The notes: generated by a model not told the origin, from the letters alone. Positions 41,719-52,524 are shown, numbered from the stretch's first letter. The stretch: 64,000 bases of DNA from an uncultured Bacilli bacterium (GCA_910578855.1 CAJTRV010000004.1:5551-69550); one strand, 5' to 3'. Numbers and translations: made by a program.

Positions 41719-42759
41719 TTAACGTCTTATTGTGCATCCATTATAATTATCTTGGGGACGATAGTATCCAGGTTGAGTCAAACGATCGATAAGATCAAAA
41801 ATCTCACCCGCAAGGTCAGCACGTTCTTGGCGTAAAACATCAAATTGCATCATCATCTCCAGCATTGCTTTTACCCTATCATAATCATTTCGTCTACGAA
41901 AAGGAATCTTTGAAAGATCAACCGTTCCATTAATAATTGATTGATAAAATTTCCAAACCACTTCATTTCCTTGATAACGAAGAGAATCAATATAACTCAA
42001 ATTTTCACTTCCGAAAGAAGCGGCCGTTATTTCATCAGGCTTTTCGCAATGATAAAGCCACCAATCGCGTTGTGTTACTTTTTGTTCCTTTAATTCCTTA
42101 AAATAATGACTTGCAGCTATATAGGTTCCGCGTAATACAGGATAAGAACTCATCAACTGAAAGACATTATAAATTGAGACGTGATTCCCATTATAGTGTT
42201 GTAATGCCTGTTTCATCTTAGTTCCAATATAAGGACCTTCCATCAAATGATTCCGGTAAGCTGCTTGATCGATATCATTCATAAATTGTTCTTTATAATG
42301 CAAAAACGAATCAGCAAGCATAGGGATTGTTTCATTCTTCGAATCCATACTTTCGAGAATTTCTTCCATCATATAATCATGATAAAGTGGCTCGATATCG
42401 ATTCGTTGCTTCTGTTTCTTTTTAAATAATTCAATCCGTACAAAAGCTTTGTACTGATCTTCAAATGGATCATATGATGTAAAATACTGATCAATAAAGT
42501 GTTCCATGCAATCGTACTTTAACAATTCACGATCAATATCACTAAGCCGATTCCCAATCTCTTCAGGACAAAATGTATAGATATGATCAAAACGGGTATA
42601 ATGATTGATCGTTAAATGAAATAAACTAGGATCTTTTGGCTTTATTTGATCTCCCATAGTTTCAACGATAAGAAAATACTGATTATTTCGTTTTCTTACT
42701 TTCATACTATCCCTCACTTCTTTCATTATATCCAATCTTGGGCCAAACGTCAATTGCAT
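41719..42759 (-). CDS. Hypothetical protein.
   Basis: 346-aa ORF with no family recognised. Likely start at the internal MKVRKRN. Confidence 0.4.
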   Translation of the reverse strand: MQLTFGPRLDIMKEVRDSMKVRKRNNQYFLIVETMGDQIKPKDPSLFHLTINHYTRFDHIYTFCPEEIGNRLSDIDRELLKYDCMEHFIDQYFTSYDPFEDQYKAFVRIELFKKKQKQRIDIEPLYHDYMMEEILESMDSKNETIPMLADSFLHYKEQFMNDIDQAAYRNHLMEGPYIGTKMKQALQHYNGNHVSIYNVFQLMSSYPVLRGTYIAASHYFKELKEQKVTQRDWWLYHCEKPDEITAASFGSENLSYIDSLRYQGNEVVWKFYQSIINGTVDLSKIPFRRRNDYDRVKAMLEMMMQFDVLRQERADLAGEIFDLIDRLTQPGYYRPQDNYNGCTIRR

Positions 42760-42792
42760 CTTTATCCTTTTTCCTACAAAAAAAGGGAAAGC

Positions 42793-43212
42793 TTATTTCC
42801 CTTCGCTTTCCAAACGTGTTAACACTTCTTTGGTCGTTGTAATCGCTTTTTCCCGAATTGAGTTTGCTGTTTTTTCTAACACTGGTGTCCCTTTTTCTAC
42901 CGTATATTCAACCAATTCTTCCACAGCATCTTGAATTTGTTTTGCTTTTTTCTTGGCAATCTTAAGAACTTTCTCTTTGTCTAAGTCTTCTAGTTCTTCT
43001 TTGATCTCATACAACTTTTCTTCAAACTCTACTTTTACTTCTTCAACATCAATATCTTTAATTTTAAGAATCATATCATCGATCGCTTTTTTTAAATCTT
43101 CTCTTGTTTCACTTCCTTTTTTCGGTGCGAACAAAATTCCAAGTCCAGCCCCAAGTGCTGCTCCAGCTAAAAATTTTCCAAAACCACTATGCTTTTTACT
43201 CTTTTTACTCAT
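42793..43212 (-). CDS. YtxH-like protein (DUF948 family, general stress).
   Basis: GFGKFLAGAALGAGLGILFAPKKGSETRE N-terminal helix, then a charged coiled-coil region. Confidence 0.6.
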   Translation of the reverse strand: MSKKSKKHSGFGKFLAGAALGAGLGILFAPKKGSETREDLKKAIDDMILKIKDIDVEEVKVEFEEKLYEIKEELEDLDKEKVLKIAKKKAKQIQDAVEELVEYTVEKGTPVLEKTANSIREKAITTTKEVLTRLESEGK

Positions 43213-43492
43213 AATTGTTATCCTCTTTTCTTTTTCTATTCATGATACGACTCACGGTTCGTGTAATATATCCAACCGCCATATCACTTACCGATGCTAA
43301 AGCATCAGCAGTATGATCAACAATATCAAACACACCATTTAACTTACTCGCTTTTAAATTAACATCATCAATTAGCGTATCCACTCGATTCAACGTCTGA
43401 ATCAATCGGACACCTAATACAATCATGACAATTAATAATATGCTACCTAACATATAAAGTATGATTGGAAATAATTCATTTATACAGATCAT
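43205..43492 (-). CDS. DUF948 (YtxG-like) membrane protein.
   Basis: N-terminal TM segment followed by LIQTLNRVDTLIDDVNLK. Confidence 0.5.
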   Translation of the reverse strand: MICINELFPIILYMLGSILLIVMIVLGVRLIQTLNRVDTLIDDVNLKASKLNGVFDIVDHTADALASVSDMAVGYITRTVSRIMNRKRKEDNNYE

Positions 43493-44292
43493 TATTCTTC
43501 ATCTCTCTTTTCATACATCGAATCAATCAAATGAAACAAATCATTTTCATCTAATTCTTGGTCTTCTACTTCTTGATTTAACGCTTCTTCAACCATATTA
43601 TCAGATTCGATCGCGTGGGCCATTGCTGGCGATTCTTCCACATTACCAATTGTAATATCATCCGTCTGATCAATCACTGGTTCGGTAAGATGATCGACAC
43701 TCATTTCCTCAAAAATATCATTTTCTAATGACTCTTCACCAAATTGATTTTCTAAGACAAGATCATCATCTTGCAAAGCAGATTCGGTATGCAAATTCAA
43801 ATCTATATCATCTTCTAGAGTGCCAAATGCCTTTTTTCGTACTTCATCTACCGTTAATTCTCTTGTTGTCTCATGGTAATAGGATGATACAAAATCTTCT
43901 CCTTTATTCACAATATCTTCTTTTTTATAATTTTTATCTAAAATACCATACACTGGAGAAATAATTGGCGAAGGCTCGAATACATGCTTTTCCCGACGGT
44001 CTTTTTGATGATACGTTGGCCGTTCCGTTCGCTTAGCAGGTACTTCCTCTTTCCGTTTTGGCTTTGGTTTTGGTTGTTCCAAATTGACAAAATCCTTGTC
44101 ATCAAAGAACACTGGTCCCGATGTTTTCATTTCTTCTAATGGGGCAATGACATGATCCACTTCAGGTACTCGTACAGTTTCCTTCTTCGGTACTGGGGCC
44201 TTAATCTCCACCTGCATCACTTCTTTTTTAACGGGTTCAATGATTTCCTCTTCCTCTGTGAATAAATTCTTCATTTTTTCCATAAATCCCAT
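43492..44292 (-). CDS. Highly acidic hypothetical protein.
   Basis: 266 aa, Glu/Asp-rich. The N-terminus (MGFMEKMKNLF) is SepF-like, but a SepF C-terminal domain is absent. Confidence 0.4.
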   Translation of the reverse strand: MGFMEKMKNLFTEEEEIIEPVKKEVMQVEIKAPVPKKETVRVPEVDHVIAPLEEMKTSGPVFFDDKDFVNLEQPKPKPKRKEEVPAKRTERPTYHQKDRREKHVFEPSPIISPVYGILDKNYKKEDIVNKGEDFVSSYYHETTRELTVDEVRKKAFGTLEDDIDLNLHTESALQDDDLVLENQFGEESLENDIFEEMSVDHLTEPVIDQTDDITIGNVEESPAMAHAIESDNMVEEALNQEVEDQELDENDLFHLIDSMYEKRDEE

Positions 44293-44293
44293 C

Positions 44294-44944
44294 TTATTTC
44301 ACCTCTTCGTTTTTCTTTGCTTCTGCTTCCAGGCGTTTTGCTTCTTCTTCATCATACTGTAAAAAATTGTTATCAGTATCCTTCTTAGTCGTGTCAAAAA
44401 TATCATATTTTTCCTCTTTATTGACAAAACTATTTTCATTCATCATAAGTTTAATTACATTATGATTAAATTTAACTGTTGACAAGATATAGGAAGCATT
44501 TAAGACTGTTTCGTTGATATCTTGTTTATCAACCAACGCTTCAATCTTAGAATAGTTATACATGAATTCAATGAGATATTTTCCATCCATCTCGTTAATC
44601 TCCAAATAGCCTGTCTTACCATTCATATTTAGCGCTCTAGAATAATAAGCATCCGGATTTTCTTGATAATTACTCTTGGCTTTATGATAATACCGAATTG
44701 CGTCAATATATAAATAATAATAAGTACCATTGGAATACAGCTTTTCATTTAATTCATTGGTATCAATATAAGTTACACCTCGTGGTACATAATACTTATA
44801 TCCCTTACCTACGCGATTATATAATGTATTGTTCTTCGATAATATTACATTGATAGTATTATCTATACTTGCTGTATCTATTCTCACAACAGTACATCCT
44901 GATAGAAAGACTACAGTAAGCATTATCCATATGAGTTTTTTCAT
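44294..44944 (-). CDS. Hypothetical lipoprotein.
   Basis: Signal peptide plus lipobox LSGCTVV. Confidence 0.45.
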   Translation of the reverse strand: MKKLIWIMLTVVFLSGCTVVRIDTASIDNTINVILSKNNTLYNRVGKGYKYYVPRGVTYIDTNELNEKLYSNGTYYYLYIDAIRYYHKAKSNYQENPDAYYSRALNMNGKTGYLEINEMDGKYLIEFMYNYSKIEALVDKQDINETVLNASYILSTVKFNHNVIKLMMNENSFVNKEEKYDIFDTTKKDTDNNFLQYDEEEAKRLEAEAKKNEEVK

Positions 44945-45023
44945 ATATCACCACTCTTTCTAAATTATATCAGATTTTAATGACTTGCAAAAGTCCTTTT
45001 GTTTTTTAGTGTATATCAAATGT

Positions 45024-45662
45024 CTAATCATGCTTTTTGGCAACTAGTTTATAGATTGGAAAACCTTGATTGGCAAACCTTTCTTCATATTCAGTTGGAA
45101 TATTATCCTTTACATTATCTTGATATAAATCGAGAGATAATTCCGTTAGTTGGTATCCATAATTAGCAATACTCATTATGGAATATGCAAATAAAGATCG
45201 ATTATCTGTTTTCATAACAATTTGTTTTTCTTGACAAAATAAGGAATCATATTTTTGAAGAAATAACGGACTACTTAATCGACGATTCTGATGCCGTTTC
45301 TTAGGCCATGGATCAGAAAAATTCAAATATACAGTCGTAATTTCATGATCAAATACCTCCATAATATGAAGCGCATCCATACGAATTAGTTTTAGATTTT
45401 GTAGTGGTTCTTCCACTTCCAACTTCTCAATCGCCCGAACAATCACACTATCAAATTTTTCAATTCCAATAAAATTGATCTCAGGATAACGTTTGGCATT
45501 TTCAATAATAAAATTTCCTTTTCCCATTCCAATTTCAACATGGATTGGATTATGATTTTGAAAGACTTGGTTCCAGGCTCCAAAATGGTCCTTAGGATCT
45601 AAGACCATATAGGGGGAGTTATAAATCTTCTCCTCTGCCCCTTTCACTTTTTTTAATCTCAT
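45024..45662 (-). CDS. trmB: tRNA (guanine46-N7)-methyltransferase TrmB.
   Basis: VEIGMGKGNFI and FSDPWPKKRHQNRR motifs. Confidence 0.85.
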   Translation of the reverse strand: MRLKKVKGAEEKIYNSPYMVLDPKDHFGAWNQVFQNHNPIHVEIGMGKGNFIIENAKRYPEINFIGIEKFDSVIVRAIEKLEVEEPLQNLKLIRMDALHIMEVFDHEITTVYLNFSDPWPKKRHQNRRLSSPLFLQKYDSLFCQEKQIVMKTDNRSLFAYSIMSIANYGYQLTELSLDLYQDNVKDNIPTEYEERFANQGFPIYKLVAKKHD

Positions 45663-45757
45663 ATTATCACCACAGACATTATATCATATTTTTAAATTTG
45701 ACACCATTTTATTCTAGATGCATATAATGAATTAGAGAAATAAAAGGAGTGTGTAAT

Positions 45758-46126
45758 GTGAAGAAAGATAGAAACTGTGGTTGTCCTGGAAACATGGCAA
45801 TGCCCTATGGTGGTATGCCCGTAATGCCAGGTGCTCCAATGCCAGGAGGAATGCCAGGAGGAATGCCTGTATATCCAATGGGTCCAGGAATGGCATACCC
45901 AATGCCAAATGATATGAATACCATGCCAACACCTAGTACAGGAAGTACGATGAATTCTAATTCAGGCATCACGACCAACCAAGCTGTAACAGCCGTTGAA
46001 CAGTTACAAGCCCAGATCAATAATATTGATCGCCGAGTTAGTCGCTTAGAGTCAATGATTCAAGATACTAAATCAACATCATTCTCTAGTAACAAATATA
46101 CTGATTCAAATTATCATATGATGTAA
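45758..46126 (+). CDS. Hypothetical Met/Pro/Gly-rich protein with a C-terminal coiled coil (GTG start).
   Basis: AAGGAG RBS lies 8 nt before GTG 45758. The track start at 45749 abuts the RBS. PGGMPGGMP repeats, then a coiled coil (VEQLQAQINNIDRRVSRLESMIQ). Confidence 0.45.
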   Translation: MKKDRNCGCPGNMAMPYGGMPVMPGAPMPGGMPGGMPVYPMGPGMAYPMPNDMNTMPTPSTGSTMNSNSGITTNQAVTAVEQLQAQINNIDRRVSRLESMIQDTKSTSFSSNKYTDSNYHMM

Positions 46127-46129
46127 CAA

Positions 46130-46160
46130 AAAACTTCACAAATCGTGAAGCTTTTTTTAG
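46130..46160. terminator. Probable bidirectional terminator.
   Basis: cttcacaaatcgtgaag hairpin followed by T7. Lies between the convergent genes at 45758 (+) and 46163 (-). Confidence 0.5.
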
Positions 46161-46162
46161 TA

Positions 46163-48073
46163 TTAGAAACGGCCACCACCACCGCCGCCACCGAAAGATC
46201 CACCACCACTAGAAAATCCTCCGCCAAATCCGCCACCAGATGAGTTGGACGACTGAGCAGCACTTTTGGTTGAAATCGCATTCGATACAGCCCGACTCAT
46301 TCCCTGATTAATTGCTCGGTTAAATGAAACCATAAAATAGAAATCATATGAACTATCTGGGTAAATCGAATGGTCACCAGAATAATATTCCTGAGCCTTG
46401 ATCTCCATCGTTTTCGCTAGCTTATTAGCACATCCTAGAACGACAGCATAAACAAGATATTTTTCCCATAGAACAATCTCTGGTAATTCTTTTTGACTAA
46501 AATTCCCAAAGTCTAATAAGAAATTTTTAAACGCTTTCCAGCGAACATATAATTCATTTCCTTGAATCGTTCGTTTTTGAAATGATAATAGATAGATTAT
46601 ACTACCAATTGTCAGTACCAAAATAGAGGCTATAACAATATTATTTACCTCTAAATTAACAAGCATAAAGACAAGAATAAATCCTAGTAAAGCATAGAAA
46701 ACAGTTCCTATTTTTTGACGCGTAAAATTGTAGAAAAAATTACGTTGTTCAGCCTCTTTTTTCACAATATTTTTCCAATCCTCATAGCCACTTAAAAAGG
46801 TATCATAGTTGCGTTTGGCATCCTTTTGCAATTCTGATAACAAGATACTTTCCTCTTTTGAAGCATCATGATGACTTTTCTGAAATAACCATCCTATCAA
46901 AATTCGATCAGTTGGTGATAACGTCTCATTGGCAATTTGATCTGGTTGATAAAGAAAACGATAGTCATCTTTTTTCTTTCCTTGAACTTTTTCAACCTTA
47001 ATTGCTTTCCGATAAACAAGATCTAAAATGGTTGCCGATAATGCCTTAGTTCCAATTTTTTGTTCCATCAAATATTCAATTGTTGACGGCGAATCCTCAC
47101 TCGGAAACTCTCGATAATACTTACCTGTAAAATTACCTCGATATTCTTTATCATACTTGAAATAAACCCAGATCACGATTGCGATCATTCCCAGTGACCA
47201 TAATCCACTAAGCATTAAAACTCCATAGTATTTTACCCGAGCTTGCTTACGAATTTGATTGGCTTCATCGGCCATTTTCTCCTCATACTTCAGAATCTTA
47301 TCTAAAGCTATCACATCTGTTTTTTTCGTACTTTCTTTAATCACTTCTTGATCAAAAGCGAGCCGAACATCAAAGGCAGTATTTGCTGATAAATGATCGA
47401 TGGTCACTTTGACTGTTTCAGAATCAATTATTTCACTCTTTCCATTCAATGGACCATGCGCCCAAATTCGCATCAAAGTTTTATTATCCGGAAGATGAAC
47501 CATTAGTTCAAAATAACCAACTGATTCTTTTAATTCGTCACTAAAAATATTCCAACCAATTTCTGCCATATCCTGATGTAGAATGGCTGCATTTTTGACA
47601 ATATATTCTAAATAAAATGATTTGTTTCGCTCACTTGGATTATAAATTCGGTACCGATAACCATTTGCTTTACTTATTGTTGTGTAATCCCCATAATCAC
47701 TTCCAATATTGGTAGCAGTAAAGACTTCGATATCACGATCTGTAAGTGTTTCTAAACGTTTCCCACGATCAACTGCCCCTACTCTTACTAGTACAATATC
47801 ATCAGCATTATGAATGTCACTCCCACCATAATAATTTTGATTTGCGTCAAAAGATGAAGCAAGGGAGTTCTTATAATTAATAATACGATCATACCCATTA
47901 TAATCCCCATTCACGGTAAATAATTCCTTTATGAGAATATCCCCGTTAGCCTGTACAGTTGCATCCATATAATAATGCTTAATGCCATCATCACTTGCCA
48001 TTACATAATCAGGCGCAACATTCAATGCCAAAACAAAGAAAAATGCAATGATAAGACTTTTTATTTTTTTCAC
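46163..48073 (-). CDS. DUF2207 family membrane protein with a Gly-rich C-terminal tail.
   Basis: Signal peptide and a large extracytoplasmic domain. TM helices in the last third. The C-terminal GGGFGGGFSSGGGSFGGGGGGGRF is typical of DUF2207. Paired with LemA. Confidence 0.7.
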   Translation of the reverse strand: MKKIKSLIIAFFFVLALNVAPDYVMASDDGIKHYYMDATVQANGDILIKELFTVNGDYNGYDRIINYKNSLASSFDANQNYYGGSDIHNADDIVLVRVGAVDRGKRLETLTDRDIEVFTATNIGSDYGDYTTISKANGYRYRIYNPSERNKSFYLEYIVKNAAILHQDMAEIGWNIFSDELKESVGYFELMVHLPDNKTLMRIWAHGPLNGKSEIIDSETVKVTIDHLSANTAFDVRLAFDQEVIKESTKKTDVIALDKILKYEEKMADEANQIRKQARVKYYGVLMLSGLWSLGMIAIVIWVYFKYDKEYRGNFTGKYYREFPSEDSPSTIEYLMEQKIGTKALSATILDLVYRKAIKVEKVQGKKKDDYRFLYQPDQIANETLSPTDRILIGWLFQKSHHDASKEESILLSELQKDAKRNYDTFLSGYEDWKNIVKKEAEQRNFFYNFTRQKIGTVFYALLGFILVFMLVNLEVNNIVIASILVLTIGSIIYLLSFQKRTIQGNELYVRWKAFKNFLLDFGNFSQKELPEIVLWEKYLVYAVVLGCANKLAKTMEIKAQEYYSGDHSIYPDSSYDFYFMVSFNRAINQGMSRAVSNAISTKSAAQSSNSSGGGFGGGFSSGGGSFGGGGGGGRF

Positions 48074-48115
48074 TCTAACACTCCTTCATTATAAAAAAGG
48101 GCTTACTTTGTAAGC

Positions 48116-48679
48116 CTAAAATTTTACTTGTGGCACTTCTTTATCCGCTTCAGATGCTTCAAAGAATGCTTCCTGTTTAAATCCAAACATTCCGGCGATA
48201 ATATTAGATGGGAACATTTCTAATTTATTTTTATAGGCAAGTACCGTATCATTATAAAATTGTCTTGCAAATGTTATTTTATCTTCGGTATCCTGTAATG
48301 AAGCTTGTAATTCCATAAAATTGGTATTGGCTTTTAAATCAGGGTAACTTTCCGTAAGAGCAAATAAACGACTCAAGGCACCACTGAGTTCTCCATTAGC
48401 GGCCATTTCATCAACAGGGGTAGTCGCACTCACCGCTTTATTCCGCGCGTTGATCACCGCATCTAATGTTTCTTTTTCATGACCAGCATATCCTTTGACA
48501 GTTTCCACTAAATTAGGGATTAAATCAGCCCGTCTTTTTAAGACAACATCCACTTGTGCCCATTGATCTTTCACTCGATTCCTTAAACGAACTAAGGAAT
48601 TGTAAACTCCCATCGCCCATAGGGCAATTAAGACGATTAAGACAACGATAACAATAACACCAACCATAATTCCATTCAT
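48116..48679 (-). CDS. lemA: LemA family protein.
   Basis: TM helix then SLVRLRNRVKDQWAQVDVVLKRRADLIPNLVETVKGYAGHEKETL, characteristic of LemA. Start placed at MNGIMVG. Confidence 0.8.
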   Translation of the reverse strand: MNGIMVGVIVIVVLIVLIALWAMGVYNSLVRLRNRVKDQWAQVDVVLKRRADLIPNLVETVKGYAGHEKETLDAVINARNKAVSATTPVDEMAANGELSGALSRLFALTESYPDLKANTNFMELQASLQDTEDKITFARQFYNDTVLAYKNKLEMFPSNIIAGMFGFKQEAFFEASEADKEVPQVKF

Positions 48680-48786
48680 AACAAATCCTCCTTCTATTTT
48701 CATTATATAATAATTTTCTAAAAAAATATAGATAAATTGAATAAAATTGAATTATTTCATCACTATAACTTAGAAAGGATGGTTAT

Positions 48787-48990
48787 ATGAATATCGATAT
48801 TAGAAAAAACATCATCGACAATTTTAAAGGATCAGATATTGAGGAGATTAAAACATCGATTGTCTCTTCAATTTCAGAACATCAAGAAATTACATTACCT
48901 GGACTTGGTGTCTTCTTTGAATTACTATGGAACAATAGCGATGAATCAAATCAAACCGAGATATTAAATACCATCAAAAAAGGACTTTAA
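48787..48990 (+). CDS. sspI: Small acid-soluble spore protein SspI.
   Basis: 67 aa. TLPGLGVFFELLWNNSDESNQTEILNTIKKGL closely parallels B. subtilis SspI ([32 protein letters not shown]). Confidence 0.7.
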   Translation: MNIDIRKNIIDNFKGSDIEEIKTSIVSSISEHQEITLPGLGVFFELLWNNSDESNQTEILNTIKKGL

Positions 48991-51900
48991 CAGTCTTTTT
49001 TTGATGCTAATTCTTGATAAGATTGAAAGCGTCGCATCGCATCTTGTTTATTTTGTTCAAACAATTCTTTCGCATGATCAGGATTAACTGTTTCTAACAT
49101 TTGATAGCGAAGCTGACTTCGTAAATAGTTCTCATACTGATCAAAATCGACATTTTTATAATCTAGAAGGAATTTTCCGGTCTCAGGATGCCGATGAAAG
49201 ATTGGGAAATAGCCACAAGTAACCGCCAGTTTTTCACTCGCAATACTCTCCTGCATTCCCCCAATTAGTCCATGGGCAATACATGGGGCATAAGCAATGA
49301 TAATAGATGGCCCATCATAATTAGCAGCCTCCCTCATCACCCGAATTACCTGTTGCATATTGCCACCCAGTGATACTTGGGCAACATAAACATGAGGATA
49401 CATAAGCGCAATTGCTGCCAAATCTTTCTTAGCTAGTTTCTTTCCACTCGAAGTAAATGAGGCAATCGTTCCTTTGGGACTTGCTTTACTAGACTGCCCG
49501 CCAGTATTAGAATAAACTTCAGTATCTAAAACGAGAATGTTGATATTATCACTCCGTGATAAAACATGATCAATCCCACTATATCCAATGTCGTAGGCCC
49601 AACCATCCCCGCCGATACACCAAACTGTCTTGGTCAAAAAATCACTTCGATAATTTTCTAACTCACTTGGTAACTTCATAGTACTTAACGTATGATATAA
49701 TTCTTTTACTTGATCCAAATCATGATGTTGTTCAAGCCATGTTTCAAAAATAGGATATTCCCTTTGATATTTCGCTACCAGTGCTCGCATCCGTTCTTGT
49801 TTTAGCTGTTCTGACAATAAAATTCCATACCCATATTCAGCATTGTCTTCAAACAATGACGATCCCCAGGATACTTGATATGGTAATGTCGGAACACTGG
49901 CTCCATAAATAGACGAGCACCCAGTCGCATTGGCAATCACGAGTTGCTCCCCAAATAACTGTGTTAATAATTTAATATAGGCTGGTTCCCCACAGCCAGC
50001 ACAAGCCCCACAGAATTCAAATTTAGGCTTGCGAAATTGACTTCCCTTGATCGTATATTTATTCCCTACAGGTTTTTCTGTAACATGTTGATTTACATAA
50101 TCAAATATTTCCTGCTCATGATTTCGCTTGCTATCGTCTAAACTAATTTCAGTAAGAGCTTTCGGAATCGCAGGACATGTTTTAATACATAACCCACACC
50201 CGGTACAGTTTTGAATCGATACAGCCAACAAATAGTAATAGTCGGATAAATCTGGTGTTTTGGCCTTTATTGCACGCTGTTTTACAATATCTGGAGCTTC
50301 TTGATACTCTGCCTCTGTTAATAGAAAAGGTCGAATGACACTATGCGGACAGACAAAGGAACATTGATTACATTGAATACAATTGCTGCTGATCCACTCG
50401 GGAACCAAGGCACTGATTCCCCGTTTCATCGTCTCCTTTTCATCATAGTAGAATTTTCCATCGGCCCCTTTAAGAAATGCGCTAGTTGGAAGAAGATTGG
50501 CAGTTCTATTTTGGAGAGCGTTGATCACACTCTTATTGGCAAGATCTAATATTTCAGCATCATCAGTGTCATATATACTAATTCTTGTGATATAGCTAAG
50601 GGCTTGATCAAGCGCTTGAATATTGGCCTCGACAACTTTATGACCTTTTTTATAAAAGTGATGTTGAATATACTGGATTAATTCCTGTTTCATCTCTTCA
50701 TGAGAAAAATCTTCTAATAAAGACAGAATTGCACTTTCCATAATCATACTAATTTTATCTTTTAGACCTAACTTTCGAGCTAGTGCATAAGCATGAATGG
50801 TGTAGCAAGTAATATTTTGATCCCGTAATAACTGCTTATCTTTTGGTGTTAATAAATGATTCAATTCTTCTTCCGTCTTAGCCGTATTAATTAAGACAAT
50901 TCCATTTTTACAAATTCCATGAAAACAATCAAAGTCATCAAGGTAAGTATCTTTACTAATAACCACAATCCGTGGATGTTCAACATAATAAGTTGATCGA
51001 ATAGGATGCTCACTAATTCGTAGATGACTAATCGTTACCCCACCTGATTTTTTAGAATCATATTGGAAATAGCCTTGAATATACTGATTTTTACTAGTTC
51101 CGATTAATTTTAACAAGGACTTACTAGCGCTGATCATTCCGTCACTACCATATCCATAAATGCGCATTTCATGCGATGATGAAATATAAAAATGATGATC
51201 AACTGGCAAACTCAAATGGGTCACATCATCGATAATCCCCACCGTAAAGTTATGAAATGGTTGCTTTCGTAAAAAATCATAGACCGCCTTGATATCAGCC
51301 GGAGTTGTATTTTTACTAGATAATCCATAACGTCCTCCATAAACAGAAATGTTATCTCCTAAGACACTCTTAATATCTAAATATAACGGTTCCCCTACAC
51401 TTCCACTTTCTTTGGTACGATCTAAGACTGCAATTCTTTGAACTGTGGTCGGCAATACTTGTAATAGATACTTCGGACTAAATGGGCGATATAGGTGAAC
51501 GATGATCAACCCTACTTGATATCCTTGTTCATTTAAGACATCAATCGTTTCCTTGATCGTCTCTGTCACCGACCCCATTGCCACGATAATATGCTCAGCA
51601 ACACTCGATCCATAGTATTCAAATGGCTGATAATGCGTCCCCTTAATCCGATTGATTTTAGTCATGTAATCGTTAACTATATCAGGAATTGCATCATATG
51701 CTTGATTTCGTGCTTCCGTAGCTTGGAAGTAAATATCATCATTCTGATTGGTTCCAATAGTATAAGGGGTCTCTCCTAATAAAGAATGAGTTCTAAATTT
51801 CTCTACCTTTTTCTTATTCAATAATGGAGCTAGATCATCACGTTCTAATAAAGTCACAGTAGATAATTCATGACTGGTTCGAAAGCCATCAAAAAAGTGA

Positions 51901-52397
51901 AGAAAGGGCATCCCCGCCTCGATCGCCGCTAAATGACTAACCGCCGCCATATCGCCTGCTTCTTCTGGATTAGATGAAGAAAGCATGGCAAAGCCAGTCA
52001 TTCTTGTCGCATAGACATCTTGATGATCCCCTAAAATACTAAGAGCATGAGTCGATAAACTACGGGCTGCTACATGCATTACACAAGGTAGCATTTCCCC
52101 GGCTATCTTATACATGTTGGGTATCATCAACAATAGACCTTGACTTGCTGTATAGGTAACTCCTAAAGTACCAGCTTGTAAAGCCCCATGCAAAACCCCG
52201 GCAGCCCCTGCTTCACTTTGCATCTCGACTACATGGACCTCGGTATCAAACAAATTTTTCATATTCTGACTGGCAAACGCCTCGACATGCTCGGCCATCG
52301 GACTCGACGGTGTAATCGGATATATGCTAGCAAGTTCTGTAAATAAATAAGAGACCCTTGCTACCGCCTCATTACCATCTATCATTAATTTTTTCAT
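48987..52397 (-). CDS. nifJ: Pyruvate:ferredoxin (flavodoxin) oxidoreductase (PFOR / NifJ).
   Basis: 1136 aa single-polypeptide PFOR. 4Fe-4S Cys clusters (CIQCNQCSFVCP, CTGCGLCIKTCP). TPP-binding GGDGW motif. Confidence 0.95.
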   Translation of the reverse strand: MKKLMIDGNEAVARVSYLFTELASIYPITPSSPMAEHVEAFASQNMKNLFDTEVHVVEMQSEAGAAGVLHGALQAGTLGVTYTASQGLLLMIPNMYKIAGEMLPCVMHVAARSLSTHALSILGDHQDVYATRMTGFAMLSSSNPEEAGDMAAVSHLAAIEAGMPFLHFFDGFRTSHELSTVTLLERDDLAPLLNKKKVEKFRTHSLLGETPYTIGTNQNDDIYFQATEARNQAYDAIPDIVNDYMTKINRIKGTHYQPFEYYGSSVAEHIIVAMGSVTETIKETIDVLNEQGYQVGLIIVHLYRPFSPKYLLQVLPTTVQRIAVLDRTKESGSVGEPLYLDIKSVLGDNISVYGGRYGLSSKNTTPADIKAVYDFLRKQPFHNFTVGIIDDVTHLSLPVDHHFYISSSHEMRIYGYGSDGMISASKSLLKLIGTSKNQYIQGYFQYDSKKSGGVTISHLRISEHPIRSTYYVEHPRIVVISKDTYLDDFDCFHGICKNGIVLINTAKTEEELNHLLTPKDKQLLRDQNITCYTIHAYALARKLGLKDKISMIMESAILSLLEDFSHEEMKQELIQYIQHHFYKKGHKVVEANIQALDQALSYITRISIYDTDDAEILDLANKSVINALQNRTANLLPTSAFLKGADGKFYYDEKETMKRGISALVPEWISSNCIQCNQCSFVCPHSVIRPFLLTEAEYQEAPDIVKQRAIKAKTPDLSDYYYLLAVSIQNCTGCGLCIKTCPAIPKALTEISLDDSKRNHEQEIFDYVNQHVTEKPVGNKYTIKGSQFRKPKFEFCGACAGCGEPAYIKLLTQLFGEQLVIANATGCSSIYGASVPTLPYQVSWGSSLFEDNAEYGYGILLSEQLKQERMRALVAKYQREYPIFETWLEQHHDLDQVKELYHTLSTMKLPSELENYRSDFLTKTVWCIGGDGWAYDIGYSGIDHVLSRSDNINILVLDTEVYSNTGGQSSKASPKGTIASFTSSGKKLAKKDLAAIALMYPHVYVAQVSLGGNMQQVIRVMREAANYDGPSIIIAYAPCIAHGLIGGMQESIASEKLAVTCGYFPIFHRHPETGKFLLDYKNVDFDQYENYLRSQLRYQMLETVNPDHAKELFEQNKQDAMRRFQSYQELASKKDC

Positions 52398-52524
52398 AAG
52401 ATCCTCCTTTTAAGCATACGAAAGAAACATTCTATCTATTAATATTTTATCACAAAATTCTATATTATGGGCCCTGGAAACAAGATTTACCAAAAAAGAG
52501 TAGCATCATCGCTACTTTCAATAA

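Noticed and set aside
43492-44292. Calling the acidic protein SepF on the basis of its N-terminal MGFMEKMKNLF.
   Set aside because: Only the first about 12 residues resemble SepF. The conserved C-terminal SepF domain is absent, so it is left as hypothetical.
45732-46020. ORFs 45732..45932 (-) and 45805..46020 (-) overlapping the Met/Pro/Gly-rich gene.
   Set aside because: They are antisense translations of GC-skewed repetitive codons (Pro/Gly/Met repeats). The sense-strand gene has an RBS and a terminator.
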